NCBI GenBank assembly: GCA_919902105.1
Contig: CAKKQO010000017.1
Span: 3,305 to 67,304, forward strand
Length of the DNA stretch: 64,000 nt
Source: Omnitrophica bacterium GWA2_41_15
GTDB lineage: Bacteria; Omnitrophota; Gorgyraeia; Ghiorseimicrobiales; Ghiorseimicrobiaceae
Reading direction: 5' to 3'
Under the pieces are notes generated by a model. The model worked only from the letters and a program-made list of their open reading frames with translations. It was not told the DNA's origin and searched no databases. Below, in pieces: positions 9,550-19,006 of the stretch (positions are counted from its first letter, which is position 1; each line of letters begins with the position of its first letter). Both the position numbers and the translations under genes were made by a program.

Positions 9550-10921
9550 GTACAATAAAGACCCTTTTAAGATTTTCTCTGCCTTGCGCGATAAAAAAAA
9601 TGTGTTTTTCCTCGATAGCGGGATTAACCTTGACGGTTTAGGCAGGTTTTCTTTTTTGGGGTTTGAGCCGGAATTTATTTTAAAAACAAAAGAAGAAGAA
9701 AGCCTTTTTTTGTTGTTGCGTCATAACTTAAATAAATTTAAACTTCCCGTTCAATTAAACAGACTTTCCCCTTTTTTAGGGGGGCTATGCGGCTACTTAT
9801 CTTACGATTTAGGTTTGTCCTTAGAGAAAATAAGAAGTAAAAATTTAAATGCTCTAGATGTTCCCGTTGCTTATCTTGGTTTTTATAATGCGGTGATAAT
9901 CATCGACCATTTAAAAAAGCGCTTAGCTATTTTTGCTTGCGGCTTTCCGGAGAAAAATTCAAGACTATCCAAGTTAAAGGCAAAAGAGCGCGTAAGAGAA
10001 ATCGAGGCATTGCTAGGGAAAAACCAACACCTAAAAGACCAAGCGCCTGAAATTAAAATTAGAGATTTAAAATCAAATTTTACGCACGAAAATTATATTA
10101 GAGCCATAAATAGGGCCAAAGAGTATATTGCCGCAGGAGAAATCTATCAGATTAACCTTTCTCAGCGTTTCGAGGCACAGTGTTCTGTGGGTGGCTTTTC
10201 CTTGTACCAGCGCCTGCGCCGGTTGTTTCCGGCGGCATTTTCGGCTTATTTTGACGCAGGCAGTTTTCAGATTATCAGTTCTTCCCCAGAAAGATTTTTA
10301 TCTTTAGAGAGAAATTTGGTAACAACGCGGCCGATGAAGGGCACGCGGCCGCGCGGCAGGATTGAGGATGAGGATTTATCTTTAAAGGAAGAATTATTGA
10401 ACTCGGAAAAAGATAAGGCAGAATTGTTAATGATTGTGGATTTAGAGCGTAATGATCTTGGACGGGTCTGTGAATATGAGAGTATCAAAGTAACTAAGCC
10501 GCGTATCTTGGAAACTTATACTACAGTATTTCAGACGACGGCCGAGATAGAAGGGAGATTACACAAAGATAAAGACAGAGTTGATTTATTACGCGCCTGT
10601 TTTCCCGGCGGCTCAATTACCGGCTGTCCCAAAATCCGGGCAATGCGGATAATTGATGAGCTTGAACCCACACGGCGCAATATCTATACCGGCGCGTTAG
10701 GGTATTTGGATTTAGCCGGCAATATGGATTTTAATATTTTAATCCGCACTCTTTTGTTAAAAGACGGTAAGGTTTATTTTCATGTTGGGGGCGGGATTGT
10801 CGCCGATTCTGATCCCGAGGCGGAATATCAAGAGACTTTGGTTAAAGCCAAGGCGATTTTTGAAGCGCTGGGAGTAGGAGATGAAAGTATTCTTGGACGG
10901 CAAGTGGCTTACGCTCGATAA
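9524..10921 (+). CDS. pabB: Aminodeoxychorismate synthase component I
   Basis: Chorismate-binding enzyme blocks (SSSPERFL, PMKGTRPRG, GGSITGCPKIRAM, ERNIYTGALGY). Adjacent overlapping pabC supports PabB over TrpE. Start is 9524 ATG, or 9497. Confidence 0.8.
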   Translation: MEYLYKIYKYNKDPFKIFSALRDKKNVFFLDSGINLDGLGRFSFLGFEPEFILKTKEEESLFLLLRHNLNKFKLPVQLNRLSPFLGGLCGYLSYDLGLSLEKIRSKNLNALDVPVAYLGFYNAVIIIDHLKKRLAIFACGFPEKNSRLSKLKAKERVREIEALLGKNQHLKDQAPEIKIRDLKSNFTHENYIRAINRAKEYIAAGEIYQINLSQRFEAQCSVGGFSLYQRLRRLFPAAFSAYFDAGSFQIISSSPERFLSLERNLVTTRPMKGTRPRGRIEDEDLSLKEELLNSEKDKAELLMIVDLERNDLGRVCEYESIKVTKPRILETYTTVFQTTAEIEGRLHKDKDRVDLLRACFPGGSITGCPKIRAMRIIDELEPTRRNIYTGALGYLDLAGNMDFNILIRTLLLKDGKVYFHVGGGIVADSDPEAEYQETLVKAKAIFEALGVGDESILGRQVAYAR

Positions 10922-11702
10922 GGCAAGGGCGCCTATTGATGAACCGGGGTTTTTATATGCCCAAGGCGTATTTGAGACAATGCGCGCGGATAATGAGAAA
11001 ATTTTCCGGCTGGAGGCGCATTTAGAGCGGCTGACAAACTCGTCTAAATTGGTAAAGATAAGTTTAGGCTATTCTAAAGCGCAATTAAAAGATATAATAG
11101 AAAGAACCGTTTCTTTAAACAACTATTCCTGTTTATGCCTGCGCCTGACAGTTTGGCAAGGGCTGAATAAGGCACATATATCTGTAATTAGCAGAAAATA
11201 TAGGCCTTATCCGCAGAAGAAATATATTTCAGGTTTTAAGGCCATCTTCAGCAGTATTACACAGAATGAAACCAATTTTTTAGCCAATATTAAGGCATCG
11301 GCGCGCCTGCATTTTTTATTGGCCGAAGAGGAAGCAAAAAGTAGAGGAATGGACGAGGCAATATTATTAAATACTAAAGGCGATATTGCCGAAGGCGCGC
11401 GCAGCAATATTTTTTTAGTAAAAGACGGCGCATTGCATACGCCGGATAAGGAATCGGGCCCCCTTTTGGGTATTACGCGTAACGCAGTCTTAGACATTGC
11501 CAAAGACCTTAAAATAAAAACTTACGAGAGAAAAATTAAACCCAGCGAACTATTTTCCGCAGATGAAGCATTCCTCACCAATTCTCTAATCGGCATTATG
11601 CCGCTCCCAGATGTAGAAAAGAAAAAAATCGGCAGCGGGAAAATAGGAAGATTAACAGCGGATTTTGCGAAAAGATATCAGGAAAACTTAAAGAAAGGCT
11701 AG
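10881..11702 (+). CDS. pabC: Aminodeoxychorismate lyase / class IV aminotransferase
   Basis: 273 aa. Fold-type IV PLP enzyme pattern (GFLYAQGVFETMR, EGARSNIFLVKDG, GITR). Overlaps the pabB end. Confidence 0.75.
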   Translation: MKVFLDGKWLTLDKARAPIDEPGFLYAQGVFETMRADNEKIFRLEAHLERLTNSSKLVKISLGYSKAQLKDIIERTVSLNNYSCLCLRLTVWQGLNKAHISVISRKYRPYPQKKYISGFKAIFSSITQNETNFLANIKASARLHFLLAEEEAKSRGMDEAILLNTKGDIAEGARSNIFLVKDGALHTPDKESGPLLGITRNAVLDIAKDLKIKTYERKIKPSELFSADEAFLTNSLIGIMPLPDVEKKKIGSGKIGRLTADFAKRYQENLKKG

Positions 11703-11704
11703 AA

Positions 11705-14041
11705 ATGAAAAAGAAAAAATTAATTATTGGGCTGTTGAGTTTGGTAATTATTGGTTTTTTAATTTTTCAACTTGCGCCTGCGGATTATTATGCCAAATTA
11801 GGCAGGGTTTTTTATAAAATAGCGCTAGAGAAATACAAAAAAGAAAATACCCAAATAAGCCGCATGAAATTAGGCAAATTGTATTTTGAGTTGGGCAAAT
11901 ACGAATTAGCATATGAGACACTTTCAGGGATAAATTCTCTGCCTGCCCAGAAGGCCAGCGCCTATGCTTTATTTAAATTGAATAAATTTACCGAAGCGCT
12001 CGCCATATTTAGCAAATTAGGCAGATTAAATGACCCCGAATACCTTTATTACTATGGTCTAACCTGCGAGAAGAGCAATCTCTATGATGAAGCAGAGAAA
12101 ATTTACCGCAAAATCAGCGCTGGCGCGTATAAGCTAAAAGCAGAGGAAAGACTTCTCGCTCTTTCTCATCTGGTGGAAGGTGAAGTAAGCGCGGATATCT
12201 TAACGCTCTTGGAAAGTTCTCCGGGGCAAGTTGATTATCCGGAAGCAGGGGCATTGATATTGTCTGTTAAAGAAGAATTAGAAATATTGCCGGATAATAC
12301 TTCAGTATCTACATCGCATATCTTGGTTAAAATTTTAAACGACCGCGGCAAAGACGCCTTTTCAGAGGTGGTTTTGGGGTATGATTCTACTTATGAAAGG
12401 GTAGAACTTGATTTTGCCCGCACGATTAAACCGGATGGTATGAGTATTTCGGTAGGAGATAAAAATATCCGTGATGTCTCAGTGTATTTAAACTTTCCGC
12501 TTTACAGTAATGCCCGGGCAAAGATTATTTCTATGCCGGAGGTCGTAAGCGGATGTGTTATCGAATATAAGGCGCGTGTTTATAATGGCAAATTAATGGC
12601 GGATAGGCATTTTTCTACTGCCTATTTTCTGCAGGAAGCCGAGCCGGTCGTTTATTCAAGTTTTAAGCTGGTTGTCCCGAAAGATAGAAAGCTAAATATA
12701 AAAGTTTTGAACAGCGGATACAACAAAATCGGCGCTGATCTTAATCCTAAGATTAGCCAAGAAAACGGAAAAACAATATATTTTTTAGAAATAAAAAACA
12801 TCCCGCAGATAATCCCTGAGCCAAGCATGCCGCCTAAAGCAGAAATAGATACGATTCTTTTGATTTCCAGCTTTACTTCCTGGGATGAGATGTTTAACTG
12901 GTGGAGCAAGTTATATAAAGATAAAATCATAGCCGATGAAAATATAAAAAACAAAGTTAAGGAGTTAACCAAAGGTCTTGTTTCGGATAAGGATAAAGCA
13001 GCGGCAATTTATAATTTTTGCGCTCAAGAAATAAGGTATGTAGCGGTAGAATACGGCGATGCCGGATATGAGCCGCATTATGCCTCAGAGATATTCTTAA
13101 ATAAATACGGCGACTGTAAAGATAAAGCCATGCTCTTGATTACAATGCTTAAAGAAGCGGGCCTTTTGGCATATCCGGTTTTAATCGGGACCGAAGGAAC
13201 CATTGTTTTGCAGGATGATTTTCCCATGTCGGTCTTTAATCACGCCATCGCTGTTTTAGAACTAAACGGAGAATATATCTTTCTTGATCCGACTGCCGAG
13301 ACAGTTTCCTTCGGGGATCTTCCTTCGGCCGACCAGGCAAGGAAAGTGCTGGTATTCTTTGAAGAGAAGTTTAAAATTATGACGACAGCGGATTTTGGGG
13401 TAGAGCGCAATTTCCTGCGGTCAGAGACAACGATTAAGATAAATAATGATGAATCTATATTGGCAGACCGCTCTGTTTCTGCATCAGGAATCTATGAGCA
13501 GGCGCAGAGATACTGGCTCATTTTTACTCCGCCGTCTTTAATCGAAGAGGCCATTAAGAATAAAGTGCAGGGTTTTTCGCCTAACGGCAGGCTGCTTGAT
13601 TATAAGATTGAAAACGCCCGGGATCTAAATAAAAAAGTAATCATTAATTATCGGTTTAGCGGAGACGATTTTTTGGCTAAGGCGGGGAAAGCCCGGATTT
13701 TATCAGAGTTTTCCGGAGGGGTTGATGTTTCTGCGATAGTAAAAGATGAGCGCGCCTACCCTATATATTTCGGCATACTCTCGCAGGGTGTCGATAGTAT
13801 AAAAATAAGCATACCCGAAAATTTGCGCTTTAAATACCTGCCGGATTCTGTGTATATCGATAATGAGTGGACGAAATTTTCCTCTGATTACATTGTTAAT
13901 GGCAGCACTCTAGAATATAGAAGCGAGTATTTACATAAGAAAAAATATATCCCTGTCAGCGAATATCAGCAGTATAAAAATTTTATAGAAGGTTTGGCGC
14001 GTAAGTTAAATCAGGCAATAATCTTAGAAGAGGTAAAATGA
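11705..14041 (+). CDS. TPR + DUF3857 + transglutaminase-like cysteine protease domain protein
   Basis: 778 aa. N-terminal TM and TPR-like repeats. Transglutaminase core YGDCKDKAMLL with downstream H and D. Confidence 0.7.
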   Translation: MKKKKLIIGLLSLVIIGFLIFQLAPADYYAKLGRVFYKIALEKYKKENTQISRMKLGKLYFELGKYELAYETLSGINSLPAQKASAYALFKLNKFTEALAIFSKLGRLNDPEYLYYYGLTCEKSNLYDEAEKIYRKISAGAYKLKAEERLLALSHLVEGEVSADILTLLESSPGQVDYPEAGALILSVKEELEILPDNTSVSTSHILVKILNDRGKDAFSEVVLGYDSTYERVELDFARTIKPDGMSISVGDKNIRDVSVYLNFPLYSNARAKIISMPEVVSGCVIEYKARVYNGKLMADRHFSTAYFLQEAEPVVYSSFKLVVPKDRKLNIKVLNSGYNKIGADLNPKISQENGKTIYFLEIKNIPQIIPEPSMPPKAEIDTILLISSFTSWDEMFNWWSKLYKDKIIADENIKNKVKELTKGLVSDKDKAAAIYNFCAQEIRYVAVEYGDAGYEPHYASEIFLNKYGDCKDKAMLLITMLKEAGLLAYPVLIGTEGTIVLQDDFPMSVFNHAIAVLELNGEYIFLDPTAETVSFGDLPSADQARKVLVFFEEKFKIMTTADFGVERNFLRSETTIKINNDESILADRSVSASGIYEQAQRYWLIFTPPSLIEEAIKNKVQGFSPNGRLLDYKIENARDLNKKVIINYRFSGDDFLAKAGKARILSEFSGGVDVSAIVKDERAYPIYFGILSQGVDSIKISIPENLRFKYLPDSVYIDNEWTKFSSDYIVNGSTLEYRSEYLHKKKYIPVSEYQQYKNFIEGLARKLNQAIILEEVK

Positions 14042-15147
14042 CTCCCGCAAAAAAATACCACCAGATAAAAAACTGGTTGTTTTTAGCGCATATTATTTTG
14101 TCTTTGGCCGGGCTGTCTTTGCTTTTATTTTCGGGGCTATCCTTATATCTAAAAGATAAAATTATATTATTCGCCCAAAGTAATTTTCTGGTTGTGGCAA
14201 TATATATTTTTATCGTCTACATTGTTTCTTTTTTATTGGGTTTTCCGCTGGCTTTTTACGAAGGCTATCGCCTTGAGCATAAGTTTAAGCTCTCCGTGCA
14301 AAAACTATCCGCATGGCTCAAAGACTTGTTTAAAAAACAATTTATCGAACTGATAGTCATTTTGGCGAGCTCCGAAGCCTTATACTTTTTTTTAAGAAAA
14401 GCTGGCAATAGCTGGTGGATATATGCGGCGCTATTCTGGATATTCTTAAGCATCGTTCTGGCAAAATTAACGCCGATTTTGCTTATTCCCTTGTTTTTTA
14501 AATCCTCGCCAGTTCAGGATGAAAATTTAAAACAAAAAATCATTTCTTTGGTAGATAAAGCCGGCGCCAATATCAAAAACATCTTTATCATCGATTTTTC
14601 CAAGAAGACTAAAAAGTCGAATGCTTGTGTCTGCGGTTTAGGCAGGAGCAGAAGGATTCTTTTAGCGGACAACTTAGTCAATGAATTTGATAGAGAAGAG
14701 GTTTGTTCCGTGGTTGCCCACGAATTAGGGCACGAAGTCCATAAAGATACCATAAGATTGCTTGTTGCCGCGAGTATATTTTCATTTTTCGCCTTTTATA
14801 TCTCCGATATATTTTTAAAAGGCAATTTAAAGTGGTTTGGCTTTAAAGAAGTTTATGATATCGCCGCATTTCCTTTAATCGCGCTAGGTATTTTTCTCGT
14901 AAGTTTCTTAATACTTCCTTTGCAGAACGGTTATACCAGGAGGCGTGAAAAATATGCGGATTTATTTGCCTTAGGCCTGACTAATGACCCGCTAAGTTTT
15001 ATTTCAATGATGAAAAAATTAGGCGAAAAAAACTTAGCTGATGTTGCGCCTAATAAGATAATTGAATTTTTATTATACGACCATCCGCCGATAGAGAAGA
15101 GAATTCAGGCGGCAGAAGGGTTTTACAATGGAGAAGAAGGATCTTAA
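14038..15147 (+). CDS. M48 family zinc metalloprotease (Ste24/HtpX-like), multi-TM
   Basis: 369 aa. Several TM helices, HELGHEVHKD (HExxH) and downstream EKYAD. Confidence 0.75.
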   Translation: MTPAKKYHQIKNWLFLAHIILSLAGLSLLLFSGLSLYLKDKIILFAQSNFLVVAIYIFIVYIVSFLLGFPLAFYEGYRLEHKFKLSVQKLSAWLKDLFKKQFIELIVILASSEALYFFLRKAGNSWWIYAALFWIFLSIVLAKLTPILLIPLFFKSSPVQDENLKQKIISLVDKAGANIKNIFIIDFSKKTKKSNACVCGLGRSRRILLADNLVNEFDREEVCSVVAHELGHEVHKDTIRLLVAASIFSFFAFYISDIFLKGNLKWFGFKEVYDIAAFPLIALGIFLVSFLILPLQNGYTRRREKYADLFALGLTNDPLSFISMMKKLGEKNLADVAPNKIIEFLLYDHPPIEKRIQAAEGFYNGEEGS

Positions 15148-15784
15148 AGCAATCTTTGATAAGCTTTTTAAGGCCTTTGGCCCGCAATACTGGTGGCCCG
15201 CGAATACTCCTTTTGAGGTTATAATAGGCACAATCCTTACGCAAAATACCAACTGGGGAAATGTAGAAAAGGCCATTAATAATTTAAGGGCCAGAGGCTG
15301 CCTTTCGGCGCATAAACTGCATCAGATGCCTGCTAAAGAAATAGCGCCCTTAATTAGGCCTAGCGGTTATTTTAATATCAAGGCTAAACGTTTAAAGAAC
15401 TTTATAAATTTTCTTTTTAACCACCATGGGGGGAGCCTTAAAAAAATGTTTAACCAGGATATAGATAGTTTACGCAGGGAGCTTCTTTCTGTAAATGGCA
15501 TAGGCAGGGAGACTGCTGACTCTATAATTTTATATGCGGCAGAGTTGCCTATTTTTGTTGTCGATGCCTATACCAAAAGAGCATTCAGCCGGCATAAATT
15601 TTTTGCTAAAGACTCCGATTATGACAACGTGCAAAAATTTTTTATGGAAAATCTAAGTAAAGATGTTAAAATATTTAATGAGTTTCATGCATTGCTCGTA
15701 AGATTGGGCAAAGACTTTTGCCTTAAAAATAAACCTAAATGCGAAGTTTGCCCTATTAAGCCCTTCCTAAAAGTAGATTTTTAG
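15128..15784 (+). CDS. Endonuclease III-related HhH-GPD DNA glycosylase-like protein
   Basis: 218 aa. HhH region LLSVNGIGRETADSIILYA and C-terminal FeS-type Cys loop CLKNKPKCEVCPI. Confidence 0.7.
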   Translation: MEKKDLKAIFDKLFKAFGPQYWWPANTPFEVIIGTILTQNTNWGNVEKAINNLRARGCLSAHKLHQMPAKEIAPLIRPSGYFNIKAKRLKNFINFLFNHHGGSLKKMFNQDIDSLRRELLSVNGIGRETADSIILYAAELPIFVVDAYTKRAFSRHKFFAKDSDYDNVQKFFMENLSKDVKIFNEFHALLVRLGKDFCLKNKPKCEVCPIKPFLKVDF

Positions 15785-15819
15785 GAAGCGGGGGGGTATG
15801 AATACGGAGGAAGGGCGGG

Positions 15820-16455
15820 GTGAAAATTATACCAGCAATATTAACGGAAGATAAAGTTGACTTTAATAATAAGCTCGCTCAATCAGAAAAATTTACCGAT
15901 TTCGCACAAATTGATATTATGGATGGAAAATTTGTCCCGTCTAAAAGCGTGGGCCTTGATGTTTTGTCTTCTATTAAGACGCATCTTGGCATAGAGTTCC
16001 ATTTAATGGTGGAAGACCCGCTTAAATATTTAGATGCGGCGCAGAAATCTAAGGTGAAGAGGGTGATTTTCCATTATGAAATAAAAGATGTTGAGCCAGG
16101 GAAAATAATCAAAGAAATCCGTGCTTTAGGCTTAGAGGCAGGTTTAGCCATTAATCCTGAAACAGGGCTTAGCGAGGTAAGGCATTTATTTAATTTGATA
16201 GATGTGTTATTATTACTTTCGGTTAACCCGGGATATTACGGCAGTCCTTTTATCCCCGGGGTATTGGAGAAGGCGAAAGAGCTTTCACAAGATAAACATA
16301 ATTTTATTATCGCCTTAGACGGCGGCGTAAAGCTCGATAATATTTTAGAGATTAAAAATTCCGGAGTTGAGCTTGCCTGTGTAGGCAGTAGCATCTTTAA
16401 AGGGAGCGCTTTAGAAAATTACCGCGCCCTGAATAAGAAGATATCTGAGAATTAA
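15820..16455 (+). CDS. rpe: Ribulose-phosphate 3-epimerase
   Basis: 211 aa. IIPAILT..., DIMDGKFVP, HLMV, SVNPGYYG, DGGV motifs of the Rpe TIM barrel. GTG start. Confidence 0.8.
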   Translation: MKIIPAILTEDKVDFNNKLAQSEKFTDFAQIDIMDGKFVPSKSVGLDVLSSIKTHLGIEFHLMVEDPLKYLDAAQKSKVKRVIFHYEIKDVEPGKIIKEIRALGLEAGLAINPETGLSEVRHLFNLIDVLLLLSVNPGYYGSPFIPGVLEKAKELSQDKHNFIIALDGGVKLDNILEIKNSGVELACVGSSIFKGSALENYRALNKKISEN

Positions 16456-16486
16456 TTAAACTTTAAAGGAGAAAAAATATAAAACA

Positions 16487-17209
16487 ATGGATATTGTCCC
16501 GCGCCAGAAAGATAATATAATAGTTTTATACTTAAGCGGAGATATAAATATTGACTCTGCCAATCTTATTGAATCCGTGGGTTACTATTTGGAAAATGGC
16601 ATAACCGATATACTCTGCGATTTTACTAATATAAATCTTGTGGATTATGCCGGCCTTTCGGTTTTAGCTATTGCCTATAAGGATGTAATGAATCATCACG
16701 GAAGGATGAAGTTTACGAACGTGCCTCTACACATCAGGAATATATTTTCGACAGTCTGTTTAGACAAGGTTTTTGAGCTCCATGAAAATGAGGATTTAGC
16801 ATTAAATAGTTTTAAGGAAGATAAAATTATAGAAGAAATAAAAAAGAAACAATTACGCCGCAGGTTCAAACGCCTGCCCATACTTATCCCGGCTTATTTT
16901 AAACTAAAAAGCTCCCTGGAAGATAAGATTCAAGACGGTAAGGTATATAACTTAAGCGCTATCGGCGCATACATTCTTTGCAAGAAGATATACGCCTTAG
17001 GCGATATTTTAGCGCTTACGATGAAACTTATGCCTAAGCCGGGCGAACTGGCCCTTGAGGGTAGGGTAATCTGGATCGCCCAAAAAGAACTTATGCCTCA
17101 GCTGTATCCGGGTATGGGAGTTGAGTTTTATAATATCAGCCCAAAAATGCAGGAGCAGGTGGTGCAATTTGTCGAGCGTAATCTGCCGCTTGAAAGCACG
17201 GCGGAATAA
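16487..17209 (+). CDS. STAS (anti-sigma-antagonist-like) domain fused to PilZ c-di-GMP-binding domain
   Basis: 240 aa. N-terminal STAS pattern (LVDYAGLSVL). C-terminal PilZ motifs RRRFKR (RxxxR) and NLSAIGA (D/NxSxxG). Confidence 0.7.
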   Translation: MDIVPRQKDNIIVLYLSGDINIDSANLIESVGYYLENGITDILCDFTNINLVDYAGLSVLAIAYKDVMNHHGRMKFTNVPLHIRNIFSTVCLDKVFELHENEDLALNSFKEDKIIEEIKKKQLRRRFKRLPILIPAYFKLKSSLEDKIQDGKVYNLSAIGAYILCKKIYALGDILALTMKLMPKPGELALEGRVIWIAQKELMPQLYPGMGVEFYNISPKMQEQVVQFVERNLPLESTAE

Positions 17210-17212
17210 ACT

Positions 17213-17230
17213 TGTCCCGCCGCAGGCGGA
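17213..17230 (+). repeat. GC-rich mini-hairpin of the CCGCC-GNA-GGCGG family (intergenic copy)
   Basis: GTCCCGCC-gca-GGCGGAC directly after the STAS-PilZ stop codon. Confidence 0.6.
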
Positions 17231-17253
17231 CTCTATTAGAGGAGATTCGTAAG

Positions 17254-17469
17254 ATGCCGAAAGCAAAAGAAAAGAATAAGAACAAACAATATAAATGCCA
17301 TATCTGCGGCAGGGGTATTGACGAAAAATGCGCGCTAATGCATGTTAAGACTGAAGAATACCTAATTGATTTAATCAAAAAAGACCATCCAAATTGGCGC
17401 AATGATTCTAGCGCTTGCAGCGAATGCATTGTTTATTACCGTAAATTGATAAAAGACGCCGAAATTTAA
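17254..17469 (+). CDS. Small Cys4 zinc-ribbon-like protein, function unknown
   Basis: ATG 17254 preceded by GAGGAG. CHIC...C...CSEC arrangement. The track ORF starts earlier at a TTG inside a hairpin. Confidence 0.4.
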   Translation: MPKAKEKNKNKQYKCHICGRGIDEKCALMHVKTEEYLIDLIKKDHPNWRNDSSACSECIVYYRKLIKDAEI

Positions 17470-17471
17470 TT

Positions 17472-17840
17472 ATGGATGATTTTATTCAGAAGCTGGATAT
17501 GATCGCCGATAAAGACAAACGTTATAAGCTCGACGCTTATGATTTTGTATTGGAGGCGCTTTCTTATATTCAGAAGAAAACCAAAAAGAAAGGCCACATC
17601 AGCGGCCAGGAATTGCTTTTAGGAATAAGGGAATATGCGCTTTCGCAATTCGGCGGCTTAAGCAAAGTGGTGTTTGAACACTGGGGAGTAAGATCGACGG
17701 AAGATTTCGGAGAAATAGTGTTTAATATGGTCAATGAGAATCTGTTGTATAAGACCGAAGGCGACTCTAAAGAAGATTTTAAGGGTTTCTATGATTTTGA
17801 AGAGGCCTTTAAGGTAAAATTCGACGCAGATCCCGTCTAA
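17472..17840 (+). CDS. Conserved hypothetical protein
   Basis: 122-aa ORF tightly coupled to the previous gene. No motif recognised. Confidence 0.4.
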   Translation: MDDFIQKLDMIADKDKRYKLDAYDFVLEALSYIQKKTKKKGHISGQELLLGIREYALSQFGGLSKVVFEHWGVRSTEDFGEIVFNMVNENLLYKTEGDSKEDFKGFYDFEEAFKVKFDADPV

Positions 17841-17879
17841 ATTAATTTTCTAAACTATCCTGCCTAAATTAGAAAATCT

Positions 17880-18977
17880 ATGAAGAGATATCTTACTGAG
17901 CCTCCGATAAATAATGGGCACATTGGAGGCTTAGGTTTGAGCCAGATGCAAGGCGCGACGACGAAGGCGTGCCCAATGTGGCACGCAGAGGAGGAGCAAC
18001 GAAGCAGCAGGCCAAAGATAAGCCTCCCCTTCGGGGCTGGCCGCTTTTGGGCTGCGACTGCGTCGTTCGTCCTTGGCGTAGTGCATAGACTACGCCGGCG
18101 TCCTCACTTCTTGTCTCGCTCCAAAATCGTCACAGCCAATGTACTCATTATTTATCGGAGGCTCAGTAGCATAATTATTACATTAGGTTTGCTGCTGGCA
18201 GGCCTAAGTAGTTATGCAACGGGCAAAACCCATAGCGTTATTTACGTTACTGCCAAATCCGCTGTGGTTGTTGATGCTCGGACGAATAAAATCTTATATG
18301 CAAAGAATATTAATTTGCATATACCGCCAGCATCTTGCGCAAAAATAATGACAGCGTTACTTGTTTTAGAAAAAATAGAGCTTGATAAACTAATAACCGT
18401 TTCTAAAAGGGCGGCAAGTATTGAGCCGAGTAAGGCGGGGCTTAGATGGGGTAGTCAATATCGCTCGGCTGACCTATTAGCTGCCTGCCTAATGTCCTCT
18501 GCTAATGATGCTTCTATCGCTCTTGCCGAAGAAATTTGCGGGTCAGAAAGCGAATTTGTGAAGCTGATGAATGAAAAGGCAAAAAAAATTGGGATGGAAA
18601 ACACCCGTTTCGCCAATGCTACGGGCCTGCCTTCTAAAAAAATAGAACAATATTCTACGGTTTACGATTTAGCGCGGATGATGCGCTATGCCTTAAATAA
18701 GCCGCAAATAGTCGAACTTATGAATAAAAAAGAGAAGTTCATTTCCGGCAGTGACGGCCGCAAGATTTATTTACGGAATCATAATAAAATGCTCTGGAAA
18801 AAACCCAAGTCTATAATCGGCAAAACCGGATATACCATAAAGTCTCGGCATTGCTTTACGGGCGCTGCTGGTTCTGGCAGCAGGCAGAAAGTCGTCTTTG
18901 CCATTCTTTCTTCAAGAAGACTCTGGCAGGACATAAGCATCCTTGTTAATCACGGATTGTATTTGAAAGGGGAATAG
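17880..18977 (+). CDS. Serine-type D-Ala-D-Ala carboxypeptidase (peptidase S11, PBP5/DacA-like) carrying a 93-codon in-frame insertion in its signal peptide
   Basis: SxxK (SCAK), SxN (SAND), KTG (KTGYT) motifs. Removing 17892-18170 gives MKRY-IIITLGLLLAGLSSYA, a canonical signal peptide. Confidence 0.75.
   Translation: MKRYLTEPPINNGHIGGLGLSQMQGATTKACPMWHAEEEQRSSRPKISLPFGAGRFWAATASFVLGVVHRLRRRPHFLSRSKIVTANVLIIYRRLSSIIITLGLLLAGLSSYATGKTHSVIYVTAKSAVVVDARTNKILYAKNINLHIPPASCAKIMTALLVLEKIELDKLITVSKRAASIEPSKAGLRWGSQYRSADLLAACLMSSANDASIALAEEICGSESEFVKLMNEKAKKIGMENTRFANATGLPSKKIEQYSTVYDLARMMRYALNKPQIVELMNKKEKFISGSDGRKIYLRNHNKMLWKKPKSIIGKTGYTIKSRHCFTGAAGSGSRQKVVFAILSSRRLWQDISILVNHGLYLKGE
17892..18170 (+). 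mobile_element. 279-bp GC-rich element E1 with about 34-bp terminal inverted repeats, inserted in-frame in the dac-like gene
   Basis: Arms 17893-17926 and 18136-18169 pair at 33 of 34 positions on the + strand (31 Watson-Crick, 2 G-U). Internal hairpins GGCGTAGT-gcatag-ACTACGCC, GCGTGCC/GGCACGC, CCCC-UUCG-GGG. Length is exactly 93 codons with no stop. Confidence 0.55.
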
Positions 18978-19006
18978 ATGTATAATATAAAAATAGGGGG
19001 GTGTCT

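Noticed and set aside
17892-18170. Element E1 as a known housekeeping RNA (SRP RNA, RNase P RNA, tmRNA) or a group I intron
   Set aside because: I looked for the SRP helix-8 GGAA/AGCAGC arrangement, the RNase P GAGGAAAGUCC/P4 motifs and the tmRNA tag plus tRNA-like end. None fits. An AAGCAGCAGG stretch is only superficially SRP-like. I cannot verify intron cores by eye, so no such call is made.
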